Positions 49,004 through 64,000 of a stretch of 64,000 bases of DNA are shown here, piece by piece. This DNA is from Vicugna vicugna (taxonomy: Eukaryota), in contig MU058584.1 of the NCBI GenBank assembly GCA_013265495.1, forward strand, positions 2,980,508 through 3,044,507, in the 5' to 3' direction. Position numbers and translations under genes: made by a program. Below the pieces are notes generated by a model. The model had not been told where the DNA came from and made no database searches. It worked only from the letters and a program-made list of their open reading frames with translations. How positions within the stretch are numbered: the first letter of the stretch is position 1; each line of letters opens with the position of its first letter.

Positions 49004-50666
49004 TCACGGGGCTGGGGGGAGCACAGAGCCCCAGGTTCCGGGATCAAGGCCTCAACTGCAGGCATTAGCTGCGGAGCTAGACACGGGAAAGGTGACCCAC
49101 TGGCCTTGGGGGACAAGGATGGGGAAATTTCCAGGTCTCATTTCTCACCAGTCTAATCTTAACTTCCATTATCTATCTACTAGTCTGGGTTAAGGTCTAA
49201 AAATGTTCAGACTTTCTTATCCAGCATTAGAGCATTCTCTGCACCTATGAACCTGCTGCCTTTGAAAGTCGGTGCTAACCTGAAACTTAACTGTACACAG
49301 TAGGCCGATTAACCTTCTCTCACACTAAGTCTGTGAGAGCACCCACCACTTACCCCCTGCCCACCCTTAGGTCCTCAGGTTATTCAAAGTCCAGACACTG
49401 CCCAATCCCTAGTGGATGGGGTCACGTGCTAAAAGGACAGCCTTCCGTGTGCCCCCTGCCCCAGACTGAAGGGGGCGCTGCCTCCGAAGGGCAAGGCCTA
49501 GTCCCCAAAAATGCACATCTCTAGGGGCACAACTCAAAAGGTGATGTACACCGAGGCCCTGGTAGTCTCACTCTGTCTTTTGTTCCTCTCCAAATCCTCT
49601 CCACACAGAGTTGGCTGGGCACGTGAGGCCAGCTTTCCGGCCCTCTCATCCCATGCACTGACGTCCATGGGCACTGATCCAAAGATTCAGATTTCACTGA
49701 GGCCTATGCTGCAGATTCCAAACTTTTCCCTGCACTGAGGGTTATGAATTATCAAAACAGAGCCTGGCTTCCTGCTCTGCATTGGGGCCTGCACGTACAG
49801 CTCCTCCAGGTACCTGACAGGCACAAGGATGCTTAGTGATGTATGGTTAGGGAATGCCAGGAAAATATCGAACAACAGACCAAATAAAGCTGAAGTTAAC
49901 ACCCACCATCTCATTATCACTCACCCACGTTTATACGTTTGCCAACACCGTGATGGCCGTGAGTATCTGCCAGGAGACTAGGGGTCAGACTCTAAGAAGG
50001 TGCCCCTACAAAGTCCAAGCCAATTTTCAGAAGACCATGGGAAATTAGTGAATATTTATAGGCAACCAATGCCAAAGAAAGAACTTCAAAGTAATGGCTA
50101 CGTTCCTGATGCTGTAAATCTCCCCCTAACAGGCTGGACTTATAAATTTGCCATGATATGGTAACACGTCTGATTGACTACTGAATACATGAAATGAATG
50201 GGCGGTGGCTTGGGGACAACATTCCTGTATGCCACGTGGTGTAGTAATAATGACTATGACTGACTGTTAAATGTAGACTAAGGGATTTTTAAATACTTTG
50301 GCATAATAAAGAAAACAAATTAATATACACTGAGATATTACTTTAGAGACACTTCACCTAAACTGACTCTAAATCTCCACAGCGGATGATGACAAAGACC
50401 CCAATGGAAGGTCTAGGGGTGGTTTTATGCTGACACCGATCACAGACTGTGAGGAAAAGCAGTCCTACAGAAGAGATAAACTTTTCTCAGAACCCCCTGG
50501 AGAGCTTTTGGAAAAAGAAAATAAAGATCCTTGGGTTCCATCCCTAGAGACAGATCCAGTGGGTCTGGGCAGGACCAGGAATTCACATACTTTTCCAAGT
50601 GATTCTGATACACAGACACGTTCAGGAACCAGGGCCATGAGGACTGAATCGCGGCCAGTGTCTCTA

Positions 50667-50840
<174 letters not shown>

Positions 50841-51029
50841 TTACTCAGAACTTCGTGTTACTACTTTAACAGAAAAAGTCAGACGCCCCCTACTTCAAAG
50901 GGTCTCGAAATATTGCAGAAGTCTTGTTTCTTCAAAATGTGTTTTAAAATCTTGCGCCACCCAGGCAAAACAGACAAGGATTTGTGTGTGAAAGTCTCCT
51001 TCAAAAGCATGCATAAAAGCAGCAGCAGC

Positions 51030-52060
51030 AACAAGGGAGCCGAAACAATTCAATGGGGAAAATAGTGTTTTCGGCAAATAGTGCTGGAACAACTGGATGC
51101 CCCGCACACAAAAGAATGAAGGTCCCTTTCTTCCACCAGACACAAAAATTAACTCAAATGGCTCACTGACCTAAAATGTCAGAGTGAAAATCGTAAAACT
51201 GTTCAAAGCAAACAGCAATAAATCTTCACAACCCTGGCTTAGACAAAGTCTTCTTAGACATGACACCAAAGGTAACAGATAAAGAAAAAAATAGAATAAC
51301 TATCAAAACTTTAAGAATCGTGTGCTGCAAATGAGACTATCAAGAAAGTGAAAAAACAACTCGGAGAAGCGCAAATCAAAACTATGAGACACCGCCGCAC
51401 ATCCACTAGGATGGTTAAAACCAAAAGGAGAGACAACAGCGAGTGCTGACTAGGATGTGGAGAAACTGGAACCCTTATACACATTGCTGGTGGGAATGCA
51501 AAATGGTGCTGCCACTGTGGAAGACAGTTCGGCAGTTCCTCAAAAAGTTAAACATAAAAAGGTTACTATATGGTCCAGCAATTCCATCCTGGGTATATAC
51601 CCAGCAGAAACGAAATGTACACACAGCCACAGAAAAACTCATGCAAATGCTCATAGGAGCATTAGTCACAACAGCCAAAGAGTAGAAACAGCCCAAACGT
51701 CTACCATTATTTGAATGAACCAACAAAATGTGGTATATCCGCACAGTAAAATATTACTCAGTAGTAGAAGAGAGCCAGTCATGAAAGTTCACACACCGTC
51801 TGATTCCACTTAGGTAAAATATTCAAAATAGGCAAATCTATAAAGACAGAGAGTAGATTAGTAGCTGCCAGGGACTTGCGGGGAGAAGAGGATGCGGAGT
51901 AACTGCTAATGTTCCTGGGATGATGGAAATGTTCTAAAATTAGATTATAATGCCAGTGGTACCTACAACTCTGTAAATATGCTAAAAACTACTGAACAGT
52001 ACACTTTAAATGGGCAAATTGTATAGTACATGAATTATCCCAGAAAGCTGTTTTTAAAAA
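51030..52060 (+). mobile_element. L1MB-like 3' end
   Basis: caattcaatggggaaaatagt...ggatgtggagaaactggaaccctta...cagcaattcc...gtacactttaaatgggcaaattgtatag. Confidence 0.85.
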
Positions 52061-52169
52061 TAGGAGTTACCCTCCTTTGTGACTGTGGCCTTTCTCTGTC
52101 TGTCAAGTGGCTAAGCAGAGCAGGAGGAAGAGACTTAACCCACTCAGTCCTCAAATCAAAAGAACAGCT

Positions 52170-52470
52170 CCTCGGAGAGGACGTTCAGGGCGGCGGAACT
52201 GCTCTGTCAGATACCACCATGGTGGATACACTCCCTTACACACTTGTCCAAACCCACGGAATGAACCCTCATGTAAACCGCGGACCTTGGGTGGTGGTGA
52301 TGTGTTCACGAAGGTCCATCAATTCTAACACAAGTTCCACTCTGGCGGGGCATGCTGACAATGGGGGAGGCCACGCATGTGCTGGGGGCACGGGTATTTC
52401 GGAAATCTCTGTAGTTTCCACTCAGTTCTGCAGTGAACCTAAAACTGCTCTAAAAAATAAAATCTGTTTT
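52170..52470 (+). mobile_element. L1MC-like 3' terminus
   Basis: atggtggatacac...tgtccaaacccac...gaaccctcatgtaaac...gtgaacctaaaactgctctaaaaaataaa. Confidence 0.8.
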
Positions 52471-53280
52471 AAAAGAAAAAGCTCCTCAAAGAGAAGCTCT
52501 TATATCAGATCCTCGAAAGGGACTGGGTCTTCTTACCCAGGATCCTGAATACAAAACTGCAGAGAAAAAAATTTCCTTGTGTATCACCAAAGAAACAGCA
52601 ATATCCCAAGTGTGTAAAGCAGCCTTAGAACACAGCCTGCTGTTGCCAAAGACTAATCAAGAGTTTGTATATAATCAAGCAATTGGCAATCATTTTCAAA
52701 GAAATTTTACTCCCAAATCATTTTTTGCTTTTCTAATAGGGGTTAAAGTTTATGTACAGAGATGTTAATCACAACATTACTTACAACAGTTAAAACTGGA
52801 AATAGCACCCTAAATATAAAACAATAGAAAAAAAAAAGGCCCACATGTGTTACAATGCATTCCAATTAGGGACTGTTATAAAGTCACTACAAGTTATGTT
52901 TTTGAAGAATAGTGCCCAGTATTTATATGTTAACACATTTCTAAATTCTTTGATCTGTATGTTTTTAATAGGCACCTAACCTGACACTTACATAGAAATC
53001 AGAACTTTAAATATTTACTTAATGAATGAAAGAAAAAGGATAGAATTTTCATCAAAAACGTTTATAGCTTAATTTAAACTCAACAATAGGGTTCTCTGGC
53101 CATTCAGGGCTAACAGAAAAATGCTACTTTGACATCTTCTGGCTTTACCTGAAGCAAACAGAAAATGTGGATGAAAATGCGGTGAAGACAAACTCCAGTG
53201 AGGGGTTAAGATCAATGAAATACCTAAGCAGGTACTGCACCCCATGCCTTCAAAGCTGCCTCGGGGTCCTTCCCCACCTA

Positions 53281-53436
<156 letters not shown>

Positions 53437-56340
53437 TTAAAAAAAACAAACAAACAAACATCAGTGAAGGAATTATTATTCCTGGCATCTTAAAATTTCT
53501 TATTCATAGTAAACAGTGAAATACATAGCTTTAGAAAAATTTCAGTGTGACATTTCCTTTCTTCAGAAATCAGAATATAAATCAGAAAATCCTTTCTTTG
53601 TGACAATTTAACATTATAGATTGAGGAGTCATAGCCTTTGTGTTCATTCTAAATCTACTTTTCTAAATTCATCGTAAGGAAACAGCTAACGAGGTGAACA
53701 AGGGTGCCTGTGCAAGGACTTCCATCACAACATTCCTGTAACAGTGGAAACTGGAGGTAACAAACTAAACATCCAGAACAGATGGGGTGATGGCAGAACA
53801 CATCCATGAACTTCTATGTAGCCTCTAAAAGTAATGCTTTTGCTGAAAATTCAGTAAGTCAATGCTCATGATAAAGTCATTGGAAAAGGCACAAACTGTA
53901 TATATTGTCCCAATTTCTGTTAAAATGTTATACATGATTTATATTTTTTATACTTTTCCCCATTTTCTTAATGGCTGTGATATGATGAGAATTAGAAATA
54001 ATATTTTTAAAAAAAGAAAACTTAGTAATTAGCTTTATTCCTTTGATAACTATGCAACTTTAAAAGCCAAAGATCTAATCTGTTCTTAGAAATAATTAGT
54101 ACATATATGTAAACTAAAAAAAAATGTGCCGTATACTGTATATATGTATTTACATGCAGTATAATATATGTACAGTCGAACTGTACTAAGTCTACATAAT
54201 AAGACTGAAAAAAAACCACAATATAAAAACAAACAAATAATTGAAGAGATGTTTATATGAAAATGTACTTAAGTTTTTAAGTGGCTAATTCCTTAAAATG
54301 ATTAAATTCACACTTGAGATTTTAAAATATGCATATGTAGCTAAAGAAGTTCACATATTTAGATGTACAATCCTGGACCCCAGGGATTCTCAAGACAGTG
54401 GTGCTCTTATCTGCGCTGCAGCTGAGGGACAGCTCACCTCAGTGCCAGCGATCACTGCATGGAGGGGGAGAGGTGATATACATGTAAACCACGTGGAGGC
54501 AGAAAAGCAGCTTGAGAACCCCACTACAAACACCAGCTCTCCACCAGCCAAAGCTAAGCGCCAACTGTTCGCATATCTACAAAGATGAGGACTCTGAAAG
54601 CTGGTAAGAGGTGGATCAGAGCTCGCATAGCACACAAAGGAGGAACAGCACTCTGCTCATCTGTATGTCACACTCTACTCTGGGGACACCTGAACTATAT
54701 TCAAAAATATATTAAGTAATTTTAGGTGTACTTAAGGATAGTTTATTACGTTCCAAGTCTTTGAAAACTACTAATCCATATATAATTTTTTAGGGAAGTC
54801 ATTAGCCAGACTATTAATTACTGAAGACAATTCACTACCCAATAGTCCCAGAATAGAGTTCATCTTAACGCAGGCTGATAACACAGTACGGTTCTGTGTG
54901 CAGTGAGTTCTCTATTGGAGAGTCAAAGAGACGAGGGGATAAAGTAGCAGCTGACGTACGAGAGAAGGAAAGGTTTCTGCCCAAAATATAACACTCAAAT
55001 CTCAAGTAAAAGAACCTAAAGATTAAGGCTCTGGAGTCATTCTCAAACTTTAAGGTGTATAAAAATGAACTGGGGACTTACTAACACGCAGATCTTAAGT
55101 TCCCAGCCCCTGAGAGGTACATTTGGGGGGTTTAGGGCAGGGATCAGGAATCTGTCCTTTCAACACATTTTCCAAGTGATAATCTGGGGACCACAATCCA
55201 GGCTTTCATGCTAGAATGAAGTTAAGCTAGTTATTAGCTCCCTGTTCTTTGCCTGGTTCACAGCTTGTTTAAAAATAACTTTTTTTTTTCTAATTGTAAA
55301 ATACATGTTCTCTGTAGAAAATCTGTAATATTCAGAAATTCACAAAGTATAACAAAAATCACCCACAGCCTCAGCATCCAGAGAAATCCACTATTAATAT
55401 TACAATGCGTATACTCCGTTCCTTCTTTTTCTCACGCGTGTACATGGTTTTTAATAGATTTGGGGTAATACCATACACACTACTGTTTCATCTGTATTTT
55501 CTATTTAAACACATATCATGAGCTTTCCTTCTTCTTTAATAACCACAAGCTAGCCCATGGCATGGACACTAAATTCACAGCCTTTAAACCTCAGTGAGTC
55601 TTTCTCTGGCAAGGGCTAAAGGTTAAACTGCATCAAATATTAAGTGTTGAAAAGTGACACCACTCTCCATTTCAGAGACAAAAATCAGCTGAATCGATCT
55701 TCAAGATAAGGTATAAGGAATTATACAACATAATTCCACCTACATATAGTTTTTTTAAAGCCACGAAAACTAACAATATTTTATAGGAGGTACTAACAAA
55801 CATAAAGTGACAGAGAAAAGTATATGGCACCACCACCGTCCACCACAGGGTCACCTGGCAGGAGGGAAGGACAGTGGTGTGGGGGCAGCAGGATGACCAC
55901 ACACTTGACTGTCCAAACCAGGAGAGTTTTAAGACTGAACGAAAATGCTAAAAATCACTATATCATGTAATGTTTAAAATATTAATATATCGTCTGACAA
56001 ATTGGTTTTATTATATTGATGACCTGTAGTTCGCAGAAAAACACATTCTTCACCAACTTTCTTGAGAAAGGAAATTCATTATTTAATTTTTAATCAAACA
56101 CGCACTTTCATTTTTTTTGAGCTGCTCGCTTCCAGAACAACAGGTGTAGACTCAGAAAGTCCTAGGTAAACTAATTGAGACCATCGTCCAAGAGGAGGGG
56201 ACAGGAGCCTTCAAAGGTAATGGAGAACATCTACTTCTTCAATTTGAGTAGTGGGGACAGAGTTTGCCAACCCTTGCCTTACACCATATACGTAGTTTAT
56301 AAACATTCTTTTCTATCCGACATCTAATTCAAATTTTCTA

Positions 56341-56481
<141 letters not shown>

Positions 56482-56663
56482 TTATGTTAAACGTACAACC
56501 CCAATATGCATTCCCAAAATGTTACCTACGTCCTGAACAAATGCACACCTAGTCACTCCACTGCAGGGACAAAGCAGAACGCGGCTCCCAAACAGACAGG
56601 ACCACAGGAAAGGGGCACACAGCAAGCAACCCAGGGGTAAACACCCTACCCCTCATCATCTCA

Positions 56664-56870
<207 letters not shown>

Positions 56871-57149
56871 CTAAACAACAGACACGAATTTATATGCAGG
56901 TAAGGGGGAAAAAAGGAAAAGGAAAAAGAAATATAACAGCTTTAAATTTAAGAAACAGTATACTTTTTTTAAAGGTTAGCTTCATTTCTAAAAACTATCA
57001 CCACACTGACAGGATCACACATGTAACTACCCCACACACAAACTATCTGCCCTTTGAGATAAAAGTTCCATCTTTGTTTTTGTTTAAATTCCCTTAAGGC
57101 AATTAATAGATCCACCTGATTCACAGTGGGTGAGTGAAGGAAGAAATGA

Positions 57150-59029
<1,880 letters not shown>

Positions 59030-59359
59030 TCAGAAGTTGAACGCCAGTAGGATTGCGTGCTAGGTTAATGAGACCCTGAACCTCTGAAGTCATTCTGAAC
59101 CATGCATGACTGGCCACCTTGTTCTCCTCAATATATTTGGTCCTTTGGCTACTTGAAACATGTTTTTCCAGAACACTGAAGGGAACCCACAGAACTGCAC
59201 CTGACGTGCTGAACAGGGGAGTTCATTTTAGAATACTGTCGATTCACCTGACTGCTGGGGGCAGACACTCTCCTGTATCACTGTTACTGTACTCAAGGCT
59301 GACAAGGCTCAGAGCACAAATTAAGGTTAAAACAACGAATCTGAAATAAACTGAGAAAA

Positions 59360-59485
59360 CTTCTAATGAAAAAATTATGAAAACGAATATATGTATGTAT
59401 ACGTATGACGGGGACACTGCTGTACACCAGAAATTAACATACTGTAATTGACTATACTTCAGTTTAAATAAATAAATAAATAAAA
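59360..59485 (+). mobile_element. Short camelid L1 3'-end insertion with TSD
   Basis: gctgtacaccagaaattaaca...gactatacttcag plus (TAAA)n; TSD TGAAATAAAC(T/G)GAGAAAA at 59342-59359 and 59486-59503. Confidence 0.85.
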
Positions 59486-59800
59486 TGAAATAAACGGAGA
59501 AAATGCTCTTCCCTCGGAGGTGGCTGCTACAGATGAGGTAAGTCACAAAAGAACACAAGTAACAGCCCAGGGCTTGCCCCTCAGACACAGGCAGGAGAAG
59601 GCGACTCCCATCCCCACTGGGCCTGCCACCAGCGAGCTGTTCTCATCACCCTGCATGTGCCTCCTTCCCTCAGACGTTGCTCCAAAATACCTCCAGCCTC
59701 CCTCCCAACACAAGTTAGGTAAAATCAGAGGCCAAGCCTCCAACATGCAGCCTGGGGAGGGCAGACATGACCATATCCACATGCCATCTGTGTTCACCTA

Positions 59801-60217
<417 letters not shown>

Positions 60218-60939
60218 TCAACCAGTGATACCTTACACTTGCATGGCCAGGCCCTTTCCTATGTATTATCTCATTTAATGCTTGCAACAGCAGTGTGAAG
60301 AAGCTATGATGAGTCCTATTTTGCAAAAGTTGAAACCGAAGACCGGAAAGGTTAGTTAAGTTGATGCGAGTCCCCAGAGCTCACACTTCAGTTCTGTTTC
60401 TCCTCTCTCACACAGGAACAGGCAGAAAGAACAAGTAGAGGCAACAGGAAAAAAGCTACCTTTCAACACAATGTCCTAATAGTAATGCTTTCCTAACCGG
60501 ACAGTTTTCGCTACAATAGAATGTCTTCTTCTCCCACAGATTCTTCTATTTAAACTGTGTGAGAAAACTTTTTGTCAATCAGCCAAAGCTGCTCTGATGG
60601 AAGCCTGGTTTATCATTTCTCTTAAGACACAAATGAAGACGGAAGTTTATCTTCTGCTTCCTAAATGAAGTCATGCTCCTAAGGGCGCCTCTACACAGAA
60701 ATTCAGGCCCAGGATTCTTGTCCAGAAAGGAAGAGAATTCACAAGTAACACAAATCTAATTCATTTGACAGTTAAAAAAAAAAAAAAAGACCCCCAAGGC
60801 CAGAATTTTCTTCCTTTCCAGAAACAAAAATAAATTAAATAAAAATGAGAATAACACAGACACCATTTGTCTATGTAACGCAGAAGCTCCCTAAGGGGCA
60901 GGGCAGGGGCAAAACCATGTCCTCTGAGAGGGAGGCTCA

Positions 60940-61242
<303 letters not shown>

Positions 61243-61599
61243 TCATACTAGCCCTTGGTACACTGCTTCTGCATACTCTCTCTGCATAAAGACTGCCATC
61301 TAACCTTCAAATTCACATTCATTCAATTTAATATAATTCTCTAAAAATTTCCTGGGCATTCACTAGATAACTTAGAGGAGGAAATGAAAGAGAAATGGGG
61401 AAACACTCGGCAGCTAAAGAGTCTGAGGACCCTGAAACCTCAGACTTCTGGCTCCCCAAGGCCCTCCAGGGTCCTGCTAAACCAGCCACCGTGAAGCAGT
61501 GTAAACTTCCTAAACAGCTTGCTAAATAGGCGAAACCAGTAAATATGATGCACTTAACGATTCTTGCAAGAAGTGGTTTTTCAACAATGTGGTCTATAA

Positions 61600-62047
<448 letters not shown>

Positions 62048-62476
62048 TTAGAGCAGAATTCACTATCCAATTTTTAAAAATGGGAACAGCTTGAACTTTC
62101 AGTGAAAATGAAAGGAATGGCAGTGTGACATGTGGAAGAGAGAGAAAGGCTTATTGCTAAGAAGCAGCCATACTCTTCCCCTCAACTGTCACAGACTCAA
62201 GATCAATAACTCATTTCAAGATCAGTTAGAAAAGGAATGTTTTAAGAAATACTATATATGTATGCCTGTATAAATATGTATAGATATGTATGCATGTGTT
62301 TGCATGTATAGAGTAAAAGAGTACAGTCCTTAGGAAAATTATACAAAATAGCCAACACACAATGGACATTTAAAAGGTTATACACGCACATGGCTTGAAT
62401 TCACCCAAAGAAAAGCAGCATCTTAAAATCGTAAGATAATTATTTTCTGATACTCAGTACTCATCAAGTCTCTTTT

Positions 62477-62623
62477 TTTTATTTAATTATTTTTGCATTA
62501 TTTAATTATTTTATTTTGGTGGGGGGATTAGGTTTATTTCCCTTTTAGAGGAGGTCCTGGGGATTGAACCCAGGACCTCATGCATGCTAAGCATGCACTC
62601 TACCACGGAGCTAAACCCTCCCC
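62477..62623 (-). mobile_element. vic-1-type camelid SINE with TSD
   Basis: Minus strand GGGGAGGGTTTAGCTCCGTGGTAGAGTGCATGCTTAGCATGCATGAGGTCCTGGGTTCAATCCCCAG; TSD TCAA(G/T)TCTCTTTT at 62464-62476 and 62624-62636. Confidence 0.9.
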
Positions 62624-64000
62624 TCAATTCTCTTTTCAAATACTGTTTCCAGTTGTAGCTTACACAACTTAGAGGTGCTAGAGATGGTCCAGGGATGAAA
62701 GAAAAGGTTTAGGAAATTAGATCTAAAAAGAAAAGCTAAGTAATGCTCTTTTTACCCCCCAAAGAAGATGAAAAACTTAAATATGTAAAGAAATATTTAC
62801 TATTATGGGTCCAATTTAAAATAAACGATAGGGTCAAAATCTGAACATACATAAAAGACAAATCAAACAACTGAGGTAAAGAAGGATTCTTACTAAAACT
62901 GATAATCAGAAAGGCTGACCAGAAGCAAAAAAGAAAGGCAACAGAAATTAACACGAGTATCTACCCACAGTACAAATCTCAGAAAAGATGGAAGGAAGAA
63001 TATGGAAATCAGTATGAAATACGGGAAGGGACAGTTTGGTAGTGATATCTGGACGTGTACTATTTCTACAAAGACCAGCGGGATAAGGTGCTTTTGACTC
63101 ATTGATTCCACATTCATTACTAAGGAAAAAAGGATAGATCCAGTCTCTGCCCTCAAGGAGCTCACTTATGAAAAAGGAAGTTAGTAAGTTCTAAATTAAT
63201 TTTGCAATTACTGAATAGACACATTCCTTCACAAAAAATAATCTGTTCACATTCAAACATGGTCTGAATTAAACTGGCTCTTAAACCAACAATGCACCCT
63301 TTCTTCCCCTGATTCTATACTCACCAAAACAACTTTTTAACAATTAACTCGTTTTCCAGTTACTAATACTGGAAAGAGGGTACCCAGGAGGACAGCAAGC
63401 ATCAGTTCTGAAACCAGGTATAAATTATCCCCCAGTCTTGGATCTGCTGCACATGATTAACGTGAAGCATGCTTTAAAAGGCATGGTTAACTGTAAGTGA
63501 CTTCAACTTCATTTGTAGAATGTAAGAGGGCAACCAGGCCCTAAAGAGGAAGTAGGTAGTGGTTCACTAATCAGCATGAATGCACTGATGAATCAGTACA
63601 TTACCATTTCGAAACCATGAAGAAACATTAAACTGGCAAAGTGAAATGCTGCTGGCTTCCACGTTAACACAAGAGTGAACAGACAGGAAGTAACCTATGA
63701 CTATGGATGAAAAGCCTTAGAATATTACTGAGAAAGGAAGTTTTATTCCCGTAAGATTTTTTTCTTTCTTTCCTTTTTTTTTTTTTTTTTTGTAAACAAT
63801 GAACAAACAATTCGCTTTAAGGACTGTTTGAAAGTTTCACCTCAAAGAGAAAATTCAGTTTACTGGCTGGCCTTTTAGATTTTTCCTGTCTTATTCCAGC
63901 GTTTTCTACTCTCACAGAAAAGGTTATTTCTAAAAGGCCATGATGAGATCTTTTGACACACCTTTCAGAGATCATCAGAAAAACAATCCTTGATGAAAAC

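Noticed and set aside
52030..52548. Longest ORF in the track (172 aa)
   Set aside because: Largely overlaps an L1MC 3' UTR fragment, antisense within an ALDH9A1 intron; no coding signature

Overview
This is mammalian genomic DNA, very probably camelid, since it carries two vic-1-type tRNA-derived SINEs. It holds the complete MGST3 gene on the + strand: a CpG-island promoter near 20.6-21.9 kb, non-coding exon 1 ending at 21383, five coding exons over 35374-40887 (459 nt, 152 aa) and AATAAA at 40968. Converging on it is the 3' part of ALDH9A1 on the - strand: nine coding exons over 61984-48830 (1230 nt, 409 aa plus stop). The first two ALDH9A1 exons lie beyond the right edge. All introns are GT-AG and both reading frames are intact. 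The rest is interspersed repeats (L1, L2, MIR, MaLR/ERVL/ERV1 LTRs, DNA transposons). The most notable observations are: (i) the ALDH9A1 exon 6/7 junction regenerates the exon 6 donor exactly, so re-splicing could delete the catalytic-Cys exon in frame; (ii) an internally deleted env-bearing ERV with one LTR sits inside a 5'-intact, 3'-truncated L1 between the two 3' ends; (iii) a solo LTR rich in CCAAT and octamer motifs lies about 3.7 kb upstream of MGST3; (iv) an LTR-borne ARE core lies in MGST3 intron 4; (v) two young L1 3' ends are fused 5'-to-5'. I found no convincing novel protein-coding gene. Repeat family names come from recalled consensus sequences and need RepeatMasker/Dfam confirmation.
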